NCBI GenBank assembly: GCA_965645245.1
Contig: OZ287080.1
Span: forward strand, 744,001-808,000
DNA: 64,000 bases
Direction of reading: 5' to 3'
DNA from: Massalongia carnosa
Lineage: Eukaryota
A program made the position numbers and the translations under genes. Below are positions 32,303 through 44,420 of this stretch, in pieces. Under the pieces are notes generated by a model. That model was given only the letters and a program-made list of their open reading frames with translations, did no database searches and was not told the origin of the DNA. Position 1 is the first letter of the stretch, and every line of letters starts with the position of its first letter.

Positions 32303-35300
32303 ATGTCTTTCTCTACCTTGCCCGCTTCTAGTCAGAAAACCGTGGTAGTCCTCAAGGAGCCCGGTGACTGGGATGAATGGATCCTTATCGTGGAGTCTAT
32401 GGCCAAGCGAGGTGGAATCGAGCAGTATGTGGACCTGGCGAAACCTGAGCCAGACGAGCCAATCAGACCCATTACCCCTACCTTCTCTTCCATGAAAGCA
32501 GGTGCCGTGTCATCCGAGGACATAACCGAGGGACAGCGACGGGATCTGATATTGCGAAGAGAGGATCATAGAGAAGACTTACGTACGTATCGGGAGAAGA
32601 CCGAAGCCCTAAAAAACCTGGAAGCATATATATTGACCACCGTGTATCGGACCAATTTGTTATATCTCAGGGGACAGGACTCGATATATAAGAAGTTATC
32701 AGCTCTAAAGAAGAGGCTTGCACCGACGGACCGGATCCGAGAAGTCGAAGTTATTCGGAAATATAAGGATCTACAACGTGCCCCCAAGAGTCAGCAACTG
32801 GATCACTGGTTGTTGGAATGGGAGAAAGTCCATGCAGAAGCGGATAGACTGAAAATTCCGGACGTTCAGGGACATAGATGCATTTATGATTTCTTGAATG
32901 CGCTAAGGACAGTGGACGGTTCGTTTGTGGCCGGTAGAGAGGCCATATTACAGTATAAAATTCATCGGAATGAGGAAGATTTCTCGATAAAGGATCTTCT
33001 GGAAGAATTCCGGAATCATTTGCGAACCGCCAGGGCCCTAGATAGCAAGGGGGCTACCCATTCGGCATTTGCAACATTTCAAGGATCTGACCAATCAGAT
33101 CAAGAAAAATCGAACTCGACAATGAGTCAAAAATCAGCTCAGGGATCTACCTCGGACCAAGGAAATTCCGAGAAGAAGTGCATATGTGGCAAGAAGCACC
33201 GCTTCAAGGATTGCTACTATTTGCTCAAGGACCTGAGGCCAGAGGGGTGGACCCCGGATAAGAGCATTGAGAAAATAATAGAAGAAAAGCTAGCTAAGAA
33301 TCATCGGCTAGATAAGATCATCAAGTCGGTCCGAGATAAGCACGCAAAACAAGTCGAAAAAGTCGGAAAGGATGAGAAATCGTCTTCAGAAAAATCCGAT
33401 CCTGCAGCATTTGCAGTTTCGATAGTGCCTGCCGGATCATCAGTCTCGATCTTGCCTGCCGCACCACCTAGATCGTTTTCAACGTTTGCAGTTGCTTCCG
33501 AACCGGAGCCACATAGGTTGGTCAACTGTTGGACCCTGGATTGCGGAACAGACATTCATGTATGCAATGATCCGGAGCGGTTTCAGTTGACGCGTATAGC
33601 AAACACTGATGACAAGCTCATGGCCGGAAAAACCGTTTATAGCATAGATGGATATGGAACGGTAGATATCACGGCACAAGGACCTCATGGGCCGGTGCCA
33701 ATCAGGCTTCTAGATGTGGCGCTATCCTCAGGATTTTTCACCAATTTGGTGTGCCTAAGCAAGCTAACAAATAAGGGGGTTCACTGGGACACCGAATATT
33801 CTTATCTGCATCAGAAGGGAAAGACATTCTGCCGCACCAAGCAAATAGGGGGCCATTGGGTGATAGAAGACAACCCACCAACGGTAAGGTCGCATAGAGC
33901 ATTTGCGGCCAGTACCAGTCCGAAACCGGAATTGATAGCGACGGGAAAAGAGTGGCACGAGATGCTCGGTCATCCTGGACCGGAAACAATTTCTCACCTC
34001 GAAAAGGGGGTAGATGGAGTTAAGGTAACAGTACCCGAGTCAGCACCGAATACGATGCAATGCGAGACATGCTCGCTGACCAAAGCCCATCACCTGATCT
34101 CGAGACGTTCGGGACAGGAAGAGCCAGCGAATTTTCCGCTCGGTCGAGTAGGGTATGACCTTATTCAGCTGACTGAAGCATACAACGGGGACAACTGGGT
34201 GAGCCACTTCAGGTGTTTTTATACCAGTATAGACTTCGTCTACACCCATACTCGAAAAAATGATGCTCTAGGGGTGATCAAGGAATTCCTGAAAATGATC
34301 AAGACTAGATACGATCAGACCGTTCGGTTTTTTCGAACAGACGACGAGCGAACCCTCGGCTTAGAATTCGCCGAGTTCATGAAAATGAGAGGTACAGTAC
34401 TAGGCCAAAAGTCTGCGGCCCCGCACCCCACCAACATTTTAATCATTCTATTCAATCAACAATCAACCACGTCACGATTGCTGAAATGTCTTGAAACTTT
34501 ACATAATGATTACATACATACTAAACAAGAATTCCCCCAAAAATTGATTTTTAATATTTAGTATACCATCCTTCCGACGCTATACACGCTTTTATCCTCC
34601 TATTCATGCTCTCTATTAACCTCCTCATCATTTTCACATCTATCAACGTCCAGACTTCTTCTATCGCTTTCCAAAGTACCTCACGAACAGTTTCATCACT
34701 GCCGATTACTAAATCTATGTTCGGGTTGACTTGATAGACGAGTTTTTTGAACACATACCAAACGTGCTCGATGGGATTTAAATCAGGTGAATATGGGGGC
34801 CAATCGATGACCTCAATGCCGTTCTCATTGAACCATTCCATCACCTTTTTAGCCTTATGTATAGATGCGTTATCCTGCATGAAAATGAGGTCCGCTTGCC
34901 AAATTCCAAGCAGATTATCGTTCAATAATTCCATATATGAGTTCGCCGAGTACCCTATCTTCTTCGCAGCAAAATCACGAGCCAATTTGTAAAGATCTGA
35001 CCTGTCATCTCCCCAAAAAGTTGCCCAGACATGACACTGACTTCTTTACCTTTGGGGACAGGTTGTATTATCTCTTTATTCCATTTTTCTTTCGGTAATC
35101 TGAACACCCACTGACGCTGTTTTCCTGACCCCTTTTCCACCGAGCACTCATCTGACCATATAACTCTTGACTACTGCCCAAAAGTCCACTCACGCCGCAG
35201 CAAGCACCAATCCAATCGTTTCTTGGCCACCTCAGGCGTCAATAAAGGTCGTTTTTTAGCCACCCAGTTGGTTAAACCATACAGTTTGAGTGCCCGATAA

Positions 35301-38240
35301 ATGGTCGTACGACTGCAGCCGAGCCCCACTTCTAGTTTGATTTGTGCATAAGTGATTCGTGGATTGATTCGTGCATGCTTGATGATATAACGTCGATCGC
35401 GTTCTGACAGCACTTCAGGCCATCCAGAACGTGATTTAGACACGCCGTCGTTGCAAATTGAGTACTTCTGAATGGTGCTCTGCACGGTCGATTTAGTGAA
35501 ATTAAGAGTCTTCCCAATCTCGGTCGGTGTGTGCCCCAACGCCTGGGCCCCAACAATCATACCACGTTGATATGGCGTCAATTCAGTATTACGAGGCCGA
35601 TTACCACTTATGGGGGTCAAAGAAGTACGAAGCATGGCGAAATAATGAGGTGGAAGATGAGGAGTTGATGAGTTGAAAACGCGAAATCACGAAAATCACG
35701 GGTTGGGCCGCAGACTTTTGGCACGGGACTGTATCACTACCGAAAGATCGGCCCCATATACTCCAGCACAAAACGGTCAAACCGAGCGATCTGGGGGGGT
35801 ACTGGTGATCCGAGCGCGGGCCCTGCGCATAGCAGCAAATTTGCCAGCTAGTATGTGGCCAGAAATATTCAAAACGGTTGGTTATCTAAATAACCGGACC
35901 CCGAAGAAGATGCTAGGGTGGAAAACACCAATAGATAAATTAACCGGGGAAAAACCGAAACTATCTCACCTGCAGCCGTATGGTTGTCGAGCGTTCCCGC
36001 TTAATCAGGCGATTCCCAGGAAAGAGAAGCTCGAACCAAGGGCTTTTATTGGATACTTGGTGGGGTACGACTCCACTAACATCTTTCGAATATGGATTCC
36101 CAGCCGTATGAAAGTCATCCGGACCAGGGATGTAATGTTTGATAAGACAAGATTCTATAAGCCCAATGAGCTCGATATAGGACATTTATTAAACATAACC
36201 GTGGAAAACGTGATTCAGGTTTTGGAAGTGCCCGAAACGTCCTTTGCAGGAGTGATGATTGAGCAAGACGATGAGGAGGTAGGTCCGAGATTGGACCAAA
36301 CAACCAATCAACCTAGTGAAACGGAAACGTCAGAAAAGACGATGTTTCCTCATACCGATATGGAAAACAATCCTCACTTACCTACCCCTGAAAAGACACC
36401 GGAGCGTGATGGTTTGGAAAAGACTCTGCAATCGGACGTTCAAATAAGCTCCGAGCCGGACGTTCAAGGAATGCCAGGTGTTCAATCAACCGAGGACGGA
36501 CCGAGCCAGCCGAGACAGTCGGCTAGGCCGAGACGGACGCCTCGGGTGGTAGAGACAACGGATGAATCAATTGCCAGGAACACTAGATCAAGGAAACAGG
36601 CATATGCAATTGCGCTGGCATCAGTCAGCAAGTTAACCCCGTTCCATGCAGCGTTTTCGGTCGGCCTAGAACGGCCACAGGTCGGAACCTTGAAGAAATT
36701 CCATCGGGATGAGATCCCGGTGGAGCCCCGATATTGGAGGCAGATGCTCCATCACCGTTTTTCGCAGGAATTCCAGCTAGCGGCCATCAAAGAGCTCACC
36801 GAGCTTGAAAAGCGTGGTACGTACGAGCTAGTGGAAAAAGTTCAGGGACAGGACCGGATACCACTCACCTGGGTATTTAAGTATAAGCATGACACCGACG
36901 GCTATGTTGAGAAATTCAAGGCCCGTCTATGTGTACGAGGAGATCTTCAGATGACTCAGCAAGATACGTATGCTGCAACATTGGCAGCGAGAACGTTTCG
37001 AGCTCTAATGGCTATTTCAGCTGTATTTGACCTTGATATCTACCAGTATGATGCGGTCAGTGCTTTCATAAATAGCCCGATTGATGAGGAAATCTTTTGT
37101 GAGTGTCCAGAAGGTTTTGACAAGCCCGGATACTGTTGGAAGCTTAGAAAAGCTCTGTACGGATTAAAACAAGCACCGATTCTATGGTATAAACTCCTAA
37201 CCATGGCCCTAGAGGAACTCGGACTAGCGCCAGTCCCAGGGGTCAACTGTCTATTTGCCAATGAGTGTATTATCCTATTCTTCTATGTCGATGACATTGT
37301 AGTCATATGCAGGAAGCATAATTCTGACAAATTACAAGAATTTGAGAAAGCTCTCCTAAAACGATTCGAAATGCATGCTCTAGGGGAATTGAAATGGTTT
37401 CTCGGTATAAGGATTACCCGAGACCGAGCAAATAAGAAGATATGGTTATGTCAGGACTCATACATTACCAAAATGGCTGCGAAATTTAATCAGCACGGGG
37501 AAACCGCGAAAACACCACTGACAGTGGTGCCTCCAGCCAATGAAAACGAGCAAAAAGCAGACAGTCAACGTATATATGCGTACCAGCAACGGGTAGGTTC
37601 ATTGAACTTCGCAGCTGTAATATCCCGGCCCGATATATCATTTGCAACTGCAAAATTAGTTCAATTCTTACAAAACCCGTGCCCGGATCATCTGTCTGCG
37701 GCCGATCGGGTTATTGCTTATCTAAATGGGACTAAAAACCTGGTTATAGAATATAACGGTCATCAGAAAACTGACATTTTGATGTGTGCTAGCGATGCAG
37801 CGTTTGCTGATGATGAGTTGACTCGAAGAAGCTCCGATGGTTACCTTTTTCAGCTGTATGGTGGACCAATAGACTGGCGAGCAGCTAAACAAGCCACGGT
37901 CACCACATCGAGCACTGAAGCCGAGTTGCTAGCCCTGTCTCGGACCGACAAGGAAGCTATGTGGTGGAAACGGTTTTTTCAAGCCATTCGGTTCAATCCC
38001 ATGGAAAAGTTGTACATTCGGTGCGATAATCGCCAGACCCTCAGGATCCTAGATAAAGAGATGTTGAAGCTAGATACTAAGCTTCGGCATGTGGATATAC
38101 ATCGTCACTGGTTAAGGCAAGAAGTTCAAGCTGGTCGTATAAACGTCAGTTGGATGCCCACAGCGGAAATGCCTGCCGACGGATTTACCAAGGTCTTACC
38201 TCGTCAGAAACATGACGATTTCATCAACAGCTGCATTTGA
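32303..38240 (+). pseudogene. Copia A Gag-Pol, interrupted by a Tc1 element in the integrase
   Basis: WTLDCG, WHEMLGH...CETC, QNGQTER, KARLCVRG, FYVDD, SSTEAE, ADGFTK. Removing 34395-35733 restores MRGITTERSAPYTP. Confidence 0.92.
34395..35731 (-). mobile_element. Tc1/mariner (impala-like, DD34E-type) transposon with disrupted transposase 35635-34551
   Basis: 27-bp imperfect TIR CAGT..GCCAAAAGTCTGCGGCCC, TA TSD on both sides; WSDE, FMQDNASIH, WPPYSPDLNPIE. Confidence 0.95.
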
Positions 38241-38890
38241 CTGACATATCAGTCATACTGGCTAATCAAGGTCAGGAAGCAGCTTCAGCATAGTATGCTA
38301 AATCTGGGGGGGTATGTCGATATTAATAGACCGTGGTTCAAGCCAATTCCCGAAGTAAGATCCTGTTGAAGGAAAAGCACGTGATTTCGGACTAATAACC
38401 GAGGCCTCGATCTTTCAGATGCTATTTCTTTCTATGCCATATATCTGATTTCTAATACTCAATGATTTCAAAGCATTGTACCTCGCATGGGTTCCGGATC
38501 ACTAATGATCTATTAGTAAATAGAAGTAGCTGGAAGATATCTAGATTATGAAAGAATGTGGCGAAATGGCCTATATAGCTAGCTAGAATTTCCAGTTTAG
38601 ATAGACAAGGAGAACATCATTTCCAGATCAATAAGAACGGTCCGACAGATCTGTAAGTAGTCTAGAATGTAGTAATAACTAATTCGGAGTTGTGTGGCAA
38701 GGTGGCGTCGTGTCAGCCTCGACGGCTATGCGACTAAGTACTACGGCCTGGCTCATGCTAGTTAATCCCGCAACCGCCGTAGGCGATCATGTATCCCTCT
38801 AGCGCCATCCGCATTACAGTTTTGCAGTCTGTTTGTGCTAGCCATATGAGCAGTTCAGGGATGAGACGTCTGGGACTCGGCGTCTATATA

Positions 38891-38949
38891 TACGCCGCGC
38901 AACGGGTTGGGTTTTCGCCACAAAATTGCTTTTTCGCCACCGGGTTTTT
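38891..38949. mobile_element. Truncated hAT-type MITE (short variant, left end)
   Basis: Matches the first ~59 bp of 52086-52237. Confidence 0.85.
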
Positions 38950-38961
38950 CTCTGAAATCTC

Positions 38962-38988
38962 TGTTACGGTCTACCTAGAGGCTAGTCA
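38962..38988 (-). repeat. 27-bp stub of the 233-bp Gypsy LTR
   Basis: Exact reverse complement of TGACTAGCCTCTAGGTAGACCGTAACA. Confidence 0.85.
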
Positions 38989-41900
38989 TGTAGAAGTATG
39001 AGGTTATTCATTTTGTTATATTCATGATTCTATGACTCTACTTCTAAGGTCTAAAATCATCCTAGTCCAGGATGCGTGCCGCATACCGGAATAGGTCTAC
39101 TGTTACACGTGACCATAATAATGTCTAGCGCTATAGGTTGCTATCCAACACCCCCACAAGCTATGCGCTAGTTACGTAAGAATCGCCCACGCTAACGAAT
39201 CGATTTTTATCTCGTTTTTTTGGAAGAATCAGCAGCTGTTGGTTGCATCGGTTCATTGGTAGGTTGTGGCTCCAGGTAGTGTGGCTGTGCTGATTTGGCT
39301 CTAGGTCACCTGCATCTGTTCGACAAAGGTGTGGAACTTTGCGTGCGTTAGGGCCTTCGTCAGGCCGTCGGCGATCATCTCCCCAGTTGGCACGTAGGTC
39401 TACTCGATTCTCTTTGCCTCCACCTCGTCTCGGATGTAATGGTGCTGGATATCGATGTGTTTGGTCCTGGCATGGATTACTGGGTTGTGTGCCAGAGCAA
39501 GAGATCCTTGGTTGTCACCTTTGAGTGAAACAGTGGGGTCTCCGTCGCTGGGCTTGAGGCTGTTGAGGTCTCTGTTGATCGCTTGTACGCACGAGTTCTT
39601 GTTGGAGACCTTGATCTCAGCATGCTGTTGGTCCGCTTCCAACACCCCAAGCTCTGTGAGGAGTAGACGAAGCCAGGTGGCTTCTTTGGCTGCCAGCGTG
39701 AGTGCGATGTATTCCGCTTCTGTGGAAGAGAGAGCAACTGTTAATTGCCTTTTAGAGCACCAGCTTATCGGTCCCCTGTTCAGCATAAAGATGAAACCGG
39801 CTGTTGACTTCCGGCTGTCCTTGTCACCTGCCCAATCCGAGTCCGAATAGCCTTCGATTTTCAGTTCTTCATCCCCCCCATAGGTTATGCCTCGATGTTT
39901 CGAGCCCTTGAGGTATTTGAGGATGGTTTTGACTGCTTCGGTGTGCTGATGGCTCGGGTTCTTGGCAAAGCGATTTACGAGGGACGTGGCGAAGGCAATA
40001 TCTGGTCTGGTCTCTACCATGGAGAACATTATGGACCCCGTCATTCCTTGGTATCTCTCCTTCTCTGGTGGTGAGGCTTCTCCTTCCTCGCGTTGGGAGA
40101 GTGGCATAGATTCTTTCATCGGGGTTGTTGACGGGGTTGGCTTTGTCGAGATGGAATCTCTCCAACACTTTTTCGATGTAGGCCGATTGAGACAGTTTGA
40201 TGGTTCGTTGCTTTCGATCCCGATCTATTCTCAGTCCTAGGTAAAAGCTGATGGGACCCATATCTGACATAGAGAATGCAGCTGTGAGTTCTGCTTTGAC
40301 TCGCTTGATTATCCCACTGTCCTTTGGCGCCATAATCTTGATGTCATCTACGAAGACGCTGAGTACGGGACCTTTCAGCCCTGCACCCGATACGAATATA
40401 CTGTGGTCTGCGTGGATGCGTTTCATGCCTAGTTTCTCGAGGAGGAAGGCCGAAAAGCGTTCGTATCAGAGGCGGGGAGATTGTTTGAGGCCGTAGATAG
40501 CTTTCAACAGTTTGCAAACCATATTCTTTGTGGCTTCTGTCTCAGTTCCCTTTGGAATCTCCATATATATCAGTTGATCAATGAGGCCATAGAGAAAAGC
40601 CGTTTTTACGTCCATCTGGTCGATGTCCAGGTCGAAGAAGGCGGCAAGGGCGAACAGGGTTCTGAAGGCCATTGGCTTCACCACGGATGCGTAGGTTTGA
40701 TCGAAATCAACACCAAACTGTTGTAGGTACCCTTTGATAACCCATCTGGCTTTGAATCTAGATACCTTGCCTTCGACATCATGCTTGACCTTATACACCC
40801 ACTTCCCCCCCAGAGGTCGATGACCTGACTCCATCTCGTTCTTTGGTATGAGAACCCAGGTCTTGTTTTCGTGTAGAGAGTCTATTTCTTCTTTCATTGC
40901 CTGTGCCCACTGCGAGGCGTGGGGGCATTGCATTGCCCTGTTGTATGACTCAGGTTCTTCGACATCTAATTGGGTGGCAAGGACGTAGTCTCCTTTACTT
41001 TGGGCGTTGGCCTGAATGAGCCTCGAAGTCAAGATTGTGTATGGGTCGTCGTCTGCGTCATGGCCATCCTCCTCGCATTCGATGTTTGTCAGGAACGCGT
41101 TTGCTTTTTCCTCCGAGTTGTGTTCCCAGTCAAGGTCTAGCAGCTTGCTGGGATGTACTATCAGATCTTGATCTTGAGCCTTTTGTGTAGGCCTTATCGT
41201 TCGGCCAGACCGAGACTTCCTTGTCTCCGTAGTTTCATCTCTAGTAGTGACCTTTCGGCCCTTCCTAGGGGTTACTCTGCTGGGAGTTGACTCGCTGGCA
41301 CCTGTTGCATTGTTGACCTTTCGGCCTACATCCAACATCTGTGAGTCGCTCGTCGCCTCGTCATCGTCATCGGAGAGTAAGAAACCTGAGAAGGTGGGAG
41401 TGTTTTTGTATTCAGGAAGCTCGGTGGACGTCTTGGCCTCGTAGTCTTCAAAGATTCTGAGATCTTTGTGGCGAATGACTTTGTTCTGTTCTCGGATGTG
41501 GACTCTGTAGATTGTATGACCATCGTATCCAACAAGAATACCGCGTAAGGCTCGTGGGTTCCACTTCTCAGACTTTAAGGCTCGTTCCTCTTCGTGTAGG
41601 AGAACGTACACTGTCGAGCCTAACACTCGGAGGTGTTGGATATCTGGGTGGATTTTCTGCTGTGCATGGTAGGGGTTGTCTCCACCTAAAGCCTTCGTGG
41701 GGCGAACGTTTTTGACGTACGTCATCGCAAGAACAATTTCAGGCCACAGCTCGTCATCAAGGCTTCCCTCTAGGATTGTCGCTCTTGTCATATCCATGAT
41801 GGTTCTTCCCATTCGTTCTGACACGCCGTTTTGTTCCTGAGAGTACGGTGCTGAGGGTTCAAAAGTGATGCCCTTCTTCGCAAACCATTCCTCTACCCTT

Positions 41901-44420
41901 TTGCTCTGCAGTTCTGATCCATAATCTGAACGTAGGCGTTCGACTGGTCTCTCCTTGTGTGACCTGGTTTTGCAGAGGTTGTAGAAGGTCTTGAGACATT
42001 TGAACCAATCGCTTTTCCGGGCACCAGTGTACACTTCGGTATATCGCGTGAATTCATCCGTAAATGTGAAGAAGTATCTCTCCCCTCCAAAACCAACAGG
42101 GTTGATGGGACCTACTAGGTCTGTGTGTATAAACTGGTACGCCTCGCTTGCTCGTTTCTGAGGCTCGTGGCGGTTGTAGATTTTTGTGGCTTTCGCACGT
42201 TGGCAGCTGTCACACACGTACTTTTCTGAGTCGTCCACGTAGTCGATCTCCAGTTTGTGGAGATGTTGTTTCAGTGAGGGGAAGTTGAGGTGGCCGAGTC
42301 GTTTGTGCCAGGTGGTGAGAGGTAGTTTTGATGAGGTGGTGGTCCTGTAGGCGTGTGGTGGCCACTCGTACGTGTTGTCGTCGATCTGCTTTAGATGAGT
42401 TGCAGAGACAGAGAGGTTGAGAGGGTGAAGAAGGAAGCTGGTCCTCCACCTTTCGGCGTAAGCCAGGGTTTCCTTTGTTCTTCTATCATAGAGTGTCTCG
42501 TTTTCATTATCATACAAAATTCCATGAATGTTAAGAAGGCCGAGGCTGACAAGATTAGAAGGACTGTGGGGAAGGAAAAACACGTTTTTCAGGTTCAGGA
42601 TCACTCCTTCGCGACCGTCTTTCAGGCTGAGGCGAAGGCGCACCTTTCCACGGCCTGGTGAAACCCCATCTGCAGTTGAGCCTCCAATCCAGGTAGGCTT
42701 TTCGTGGTACTCAGTCATCAAGCTTCGATCATTGCACACGTGCACGTCCGCCGCGCTGTCAACCAGCCAGGAAGCGTCTCTCGGCCCTTTGACCGCTAGC
42801 ACCTTTGGTTGTCAACTTTCGCGGGACGGGGTCTCGGAAGGGCTCTCTGTCTGGCTTTGGAGGTTTTGCCTAGAGCCTTTTGTTCTCATCTGGTGCAGCG
42901 AGCGTTTTGGCCGAAGTTCGGGGTATCTCAGGAAACAACGGTCTGTGTAGTGCTGTGTATTTCCCTTCTTGATGCAATCTGGGTTTGTGCAGGTCCCCGG
43001 GGGTGCTCGATTACAAGGCTTTGGTGGTTTGGAGGTGAAGAGTGCCGATTGTTAGGGTGTGCCGGATTGTCCTGGAGTTTGGTCGTTCTCTTTCCTGATT
43101 TCTGCAAACCGGATAAGCTTTTTAGTGCTCTCGGCGATGTTTGTGTTCCCCATTTTCCACTGTCTCCATCATGGAGACGATCCCCGAGTATTCGTTTCCC
43201 ATTCCAGTGATCAGTCCTGCCTGCAGGAGTACCTCGGCTCCTTTTGCCGGGATCTCGGAATCAGTGGGAATGAGGCCGCACACAGTGTCGTGGCCTCTTG
43301 GTATTTGCTGCAATATTCGTGAATGTCTGTGCAGTCCGATAGTCCTAATTTGGTGGTCTCCAGGATGAGTCGCGAGATGCTCATTGGAGAGATGTGCTGA
43401 AATTTCGTTTGTAGGGTTTCCCACATTTCCTTGGCTTCTTTGCCCTCGATAGCTGCTTGGTGTTTGGAGGCTACCGAGTTTTTGATGATGCCCTCCGCTT
43501 TGCTCAGGGAGGCTCGGTGCTCTTTAATTTCGGTGGAGAGGGCAGTCCAGAGTACTTGGGCCGTCATTTCGGTGGGTTTGAAGCCCATGGCTATGATGTC
43601 CGATCTGACGGACTCCTTCGTTGGCTCTGGCTTTCCGGTGACTGCCCAGGCGCAGTTCTTCTGCTTGAGCTCTCCCAGAATGTAGGATCGCCATAATGTA
43701 TAGTTCTCGGAGCCTTGGAGAATGATGCGGGGAGCCTTCTCCTGCTCTTCTCGTCGGTCTGACATTTTGTGGTTTTTTGGGCGAAGAGTTCTCAACGCCT
43801 TAGGGTTGTAGGAAGGTGGGTTGCCTTGTAGCTGTTGTAGTATGCGAGCGTCTTCGCTTCGTAACCTTTGGTATATGAGTAAGTTCTCCGCCTCGTAGCC
43901 TTCGGTATGTGAGCGTTCTGCTTCGTATGAGCGTCTTCGCCTCGTAGCCGTCTGGTATGTGAGCGTTTGCCTCGTAGCCTTTGGTATATGAGCGTTCTAC
44001 TTCGTATCCTTTCAGTATGTGGGCGTAGCACTCTTCCTATCTATTGTGGTAGGTGGTCAGGCGCATTGGCTTGATTCCACACCTCCATTTCAGAATTGGC
44101 TCCTTTTGGTAGCCAAGTGGGGTCGGATGTTCCCTCCTGCCTCACACCGCTCCTCCTTTTCGGGTAGGAAGTTTTTCCAGAGGTGGATCGGACTTTCGGT
44201 CTGATACTGATTATGCCCCTTTTGTTCTAGGTGCTTTGCTCTGGGGGGTGTGGGGTATTTGTGGCCTGTCGCTAGCGAAGATTAATGAGCTTATGCGCTG
44301 GCCGGGCTCATAACCTGTAGAAGTATGGGGTTATTCATTTTGTTATATTCATGACTCTATGACTCTACTTCTAAGGTCTAAAATCATCCTAGTCCAGGAT
44401 GCGTGCCGCATACCGGAATA

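Larger units (their letters stand above)
31865..38647 (+). mobile_element. Ty1/Copia element A (LTRs ~31865-32195 and 38315-38647)
   Basis: Near-identical ~333-bp LTRs (the 5' copy lacks terminal TGT), PBS GTTATGAGCCC, PPT GGGGGGGTA, domain order PR-IN-RT-RH. Confidence 0.95.
22720..38818. mobile_element. Large solo-LTR-like element (~1.15 kb of own sequence: 22720-23188, 31351-31864, 38648-38818) hosting a pogo and a Copia
   Basis: Termini TGTAATG...CATTACA with perfect 5-bp TSD GTTTT (22715-22719, 38819-38823). Confidence 0.8.

Noticed and set aside
32303..38240. Two separate genes (752 aa and 855 aa)
   Set aside because: One Copia polyprotein split by the Tc1 insertion; the junction-proximal residues come from the Tc1 ends.
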